Shown here in pieces: positions 63,403 to 64,000 of a DNA stretch of 64,000 nt. Position 1 is the first letter of the stretch, and the number at the start of each line of letters is the position of its first letter. Both the position numbers and the translations under genes were made by a program. The stretch spans positions 1-64,000 of the forward strand of contig JAUGWO010000156.1 in assembly GCA_049724395.1 (NCBI GenBank). The letters are read 5' to 3'. The DNA is from Spongospora subterranea f. sp. subterranea. Its lineage: Eukaryota. The notes under the pieces were generated by a model. The model was not told where the DNA came from, searched no databases, and saw only the letters and a list, made by a program, of their open reading frames with translations.

Positions 63403-64000
63403 TTACCAAAAAAATGAATACTTCACCTCTGATGTCCTAGCGAAGAGACCCAAGGTACAAGCACGCGTCTGAATAGGTGTCATTTTCGATACGTTAGGAG
63501 AAGGAGGAGTGGCTCGTACTAATATCACGTTGAATATAGTTTTTCGTATGTTTTTCGTAATACATGCTAAGAGAGTCTTGAGCGGGGGAGCTTCTTTGTC
63601 CATGACAGACCTGGCTCTGGTTTGGGTCACGGCGACCGTCAGATCGAGAGGCTCGCTGCAGAAGCCGGTTATGTCGCTGAATAGTGAGTACTGGACCAAC
63701 GGTTCGCTTTTCAATGTTGATTGGCGCCACCTTGTCGATCAAGATGTCGCTAAGTGTCCTCTCGTCGCCATTACTGGACCTGTCAGAAATTTTTCGAATG
63801 AAGCCAGGGCTGACACAATTAACCGACTGAGCTTCTGCTCTCAATTAAACAGACCATGGAGCTATCGTCTCCGCCAGGATACGCAGGCTAAAGACGAGGC
63901 AAGGTTGACAGGTACCAATACGCCCGGGCTTGTGAACTCGGAAGGATTAGCCTTACTACCCACACTACCGCCAGGTCGATCTCGAATGGCCGGATCACTA
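63403..64000 (-). CDS. Probable 3' part of an unidentified gene running off the window
   Basis: Overlapping minus-strand ORFs of 116 and 103 aa converge on the Yip1 gene. No recognisable domain. Confidence 0.3.

Overview
Eukaryotic, intron-rich genomic DNA. Flagellar genes, short GT-AG introns and expanded secreted ankyrin genes suggest a zoosporic protist such as a plasmodiophorid; this is an inference, not proven. The window has two compartments. (1) ~1-28 kb is accessory DNA. It holds three paralogous genes for secreted-type ankyrin-repeat proteins (A minus, B plus, C minus), built from phase-2 one-repeat exons whose number differs between copies. B and C form the arms of a ~22 kb inverted duplication. 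Arm B carries a DD39D mariner element (3577-7124) whose cargo is a truncated PIF/Harbinger transposase folded back into a 198-bp inverted repeat, plus a 29-bp tandem array. Arm C carries a near-intact IS630-Tc1-mariner element with a long D-E spacer (21710-24267). Each arm shows the empty TA site of the other arm's element. A decayed LINE RT, Harbinger Myb/SANT-like remnants and an 86-bp-arm hairpin complete this part. Several ankyrin stretches look like blended consensus sequence and may be assembly artefacts. (2) ~28-64 kb is gene-dense core genome: a coiled-coil/IQ-like gene, SPEF2, a U6 snRNA with TATA and USE-like promoter, SF-assemblin, a membrane protein, TMEM135-like, a secreted M14 carboxypeptidase, SEN1/senataxin, a PH/FHA protein and a Yip1-family gene. 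Gene models were spliced by eye, so boundaries marked approximate should be checked.
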